A stretch of 39,596 nucleotides of DNA from a virus (taxonomy: Duplodnaviria; Caudoviricetes). Numbering within the stretch: the stretch's first letter is position 1; every line of letters begins with the position of its first letter. Below the pieces are notes generated by a model. It was not told where the DNA came from. It did no database searches and saw only the letters and a program-made list of their open reading frames with translations. The stretch lies in IMG/VR virus record IMGVR_UViG_3300021560_000031, positions 1 to 39,596 of that record. One strand, written 5' to 3'. The position numbers and the translations under genes were made by a program. Positions 38,686-39,596 of this stretch are shown here, piece after piece.

Positions 38686-38803
38686 CTTGTTGATATGTGC
38701 GCCGGGAGGTTGTTTGATTATGGCAGGGAGAGAGAAGTTTGTCAAGTACTCGGAAATGATACAGTTGAGATTGCTGTTTAGAAAAAAATCGGCGCGGGTC
38801 CTC

Positions 38804-39162
38804 TGCAAGGATCGTGCCAACCATCCCTAGGTTTGGAGGTATGGCATGCCCTTTGCAAAAAGCATGCTCCATGCCAAATACCAAATGCGAATTTATGGCG
38901 CGGCCTTTGCATAAAAGCATGCTCCATGCAAATCCAAATTCGCATTTTGCGAAGTTCAAACTTCATGCCAAGTGAAAAATGCTTATAAATCAAGGGTTTC
39001 ACTTGGCACGGAGTTTGAATAGGCTTTTTCCCGCGTGCAAAATGAGAATGGCACAGGACTTGCGAATCGCAAGCTTGTGCCAAAGCGAACCTACGGCGAA
39101 AACTAGGCGGGGTCGCATCGGTCAGGCACGACCTTTGCATTATTATTGCAAGCTCGGTGCCA
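38804..39162. promoter_or_regulatory. Dense array of sigma54 -24/-12-like sites on both strands
   Basis: Nine correctly spaced sites starting at 38804(-), 38842(+), 38861(-), 38896(+), 38955(-), 39004(+), 39049(+), 39124(+), 39147(-), plus one mis-spaced at 39068(-). Confidence 0.85.
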
Positions 39163-39176
39163 ACCCAACTGGGAAG

Positions 39177-39517
39177 TCGGACAGTCGGACATTGGTCGGA
39201 CAAAACCCATATGGTTTAAGTCGCAAAACACGAAATTTTTGCCTTACACAGGCCAAAAGTGCTTGATTTTCTTATACTTTTAGGCAGTATACACAAATCC
39301 ACGAGATTTAGTACTCCATAAGGTAAAAATCCGTTTATATGTCCGATGTCCGAGGTGTCCGATGAGAAAAAAAAGAAAAAAAAAAAAAGTTGTAAAAATG
39401 TATATAAGAAACTCGGAAAGTCGGACATTAGGCCCTTTGGGCGAATAACCCTTGTCCCGCCTGCATTATTCGAGAGGCCCTTGTCCGACTTGTTTCCGAA
39501 AACTGTCCGATGTCCGA
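39177..39517. repeat. Ten copies of heptamer TGTCCGA/TCGGACA in two inverted clusters (iteron-like)
   Basis: TCGGACA at 39177, 39185, 39196, 39421; TGTCCGA at 39340, 39347, 39356, 39482, 39504, 39511. Confidence 0.9.
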
Positions 39518-39531
39518 CATTTTTTTTAGCT

Positions 39532-39547
39532 CGGCACCGCAATTGCT
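39532..39547 (+). promoter_or_regulatory. sigma54-like site CGGCACCGCAATTGCT
   Basis: GG-N10-GC with TTGCT. Confidence 0.6.
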
Positions 39548-39596
39548 ACTCCGACCCCCAAAAATTATTTTCCCGCCCCCCACATTTGCAAAATGA

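Noticed and set aside
38660-39542. Four ORFs of 95-141 aa in the right-end region
   Set aside because: Mutually overlapping, no protein-like motifs, and they run through repeats and an A-tract; the region is better explained as regulatory DNA
39540-39596. Terminal direct repeat proving genome completeness
   Set aside because: I found no match between the two ends of the window, so circularity is unproven

Overview
The window looks like a complete or near-complete ~39.6 kb podovirus-type tailed phage genome. A rightward early/replication arm (2.9-12.0 kb) encodes a VRR-NUC-like nuclease, a putative SSB, a winged-HTH protein, a primase-polymerase, a UvrD-like helicase, a family-A DNA polymerase and an SNF2 helicase. 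It meets head-on a leftward packaging/virion arm (38.5-12.0 kb) encoding TerS, TerL, portal, scaffold, major capsid, tail tubular A/B, GNAT, three internal virion proteins and a collagen-like tail fibre. A separate leftward two-gene operon at the left end encodes a DGQHR (DndB-family) protein. I recognised no integrase, endolysin, phage RNA polymerase or sigma54 activator. The most unusual signals lie outside the ORF track. (1) About 13 sigma54 (-24/-12) sites sit in the two non-coding regions, many as head-to-head pairs, mixed with IHF-like sites, two perfect DnaA boxes, heptamer and 11-mer arrays and a shared operator palindrome. (2) Three large beta-helix/collagen proteins carry Sec-type signal peptides. 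(3) Three tandem paralogous zinc-ribbon microproteins lie between scaffold and capsid. (4) There are several candidate structured RNAs. (5) A 27-bp element is repeated three times around terS. All calls come from motif reading by eye; no database search or folding program was run.
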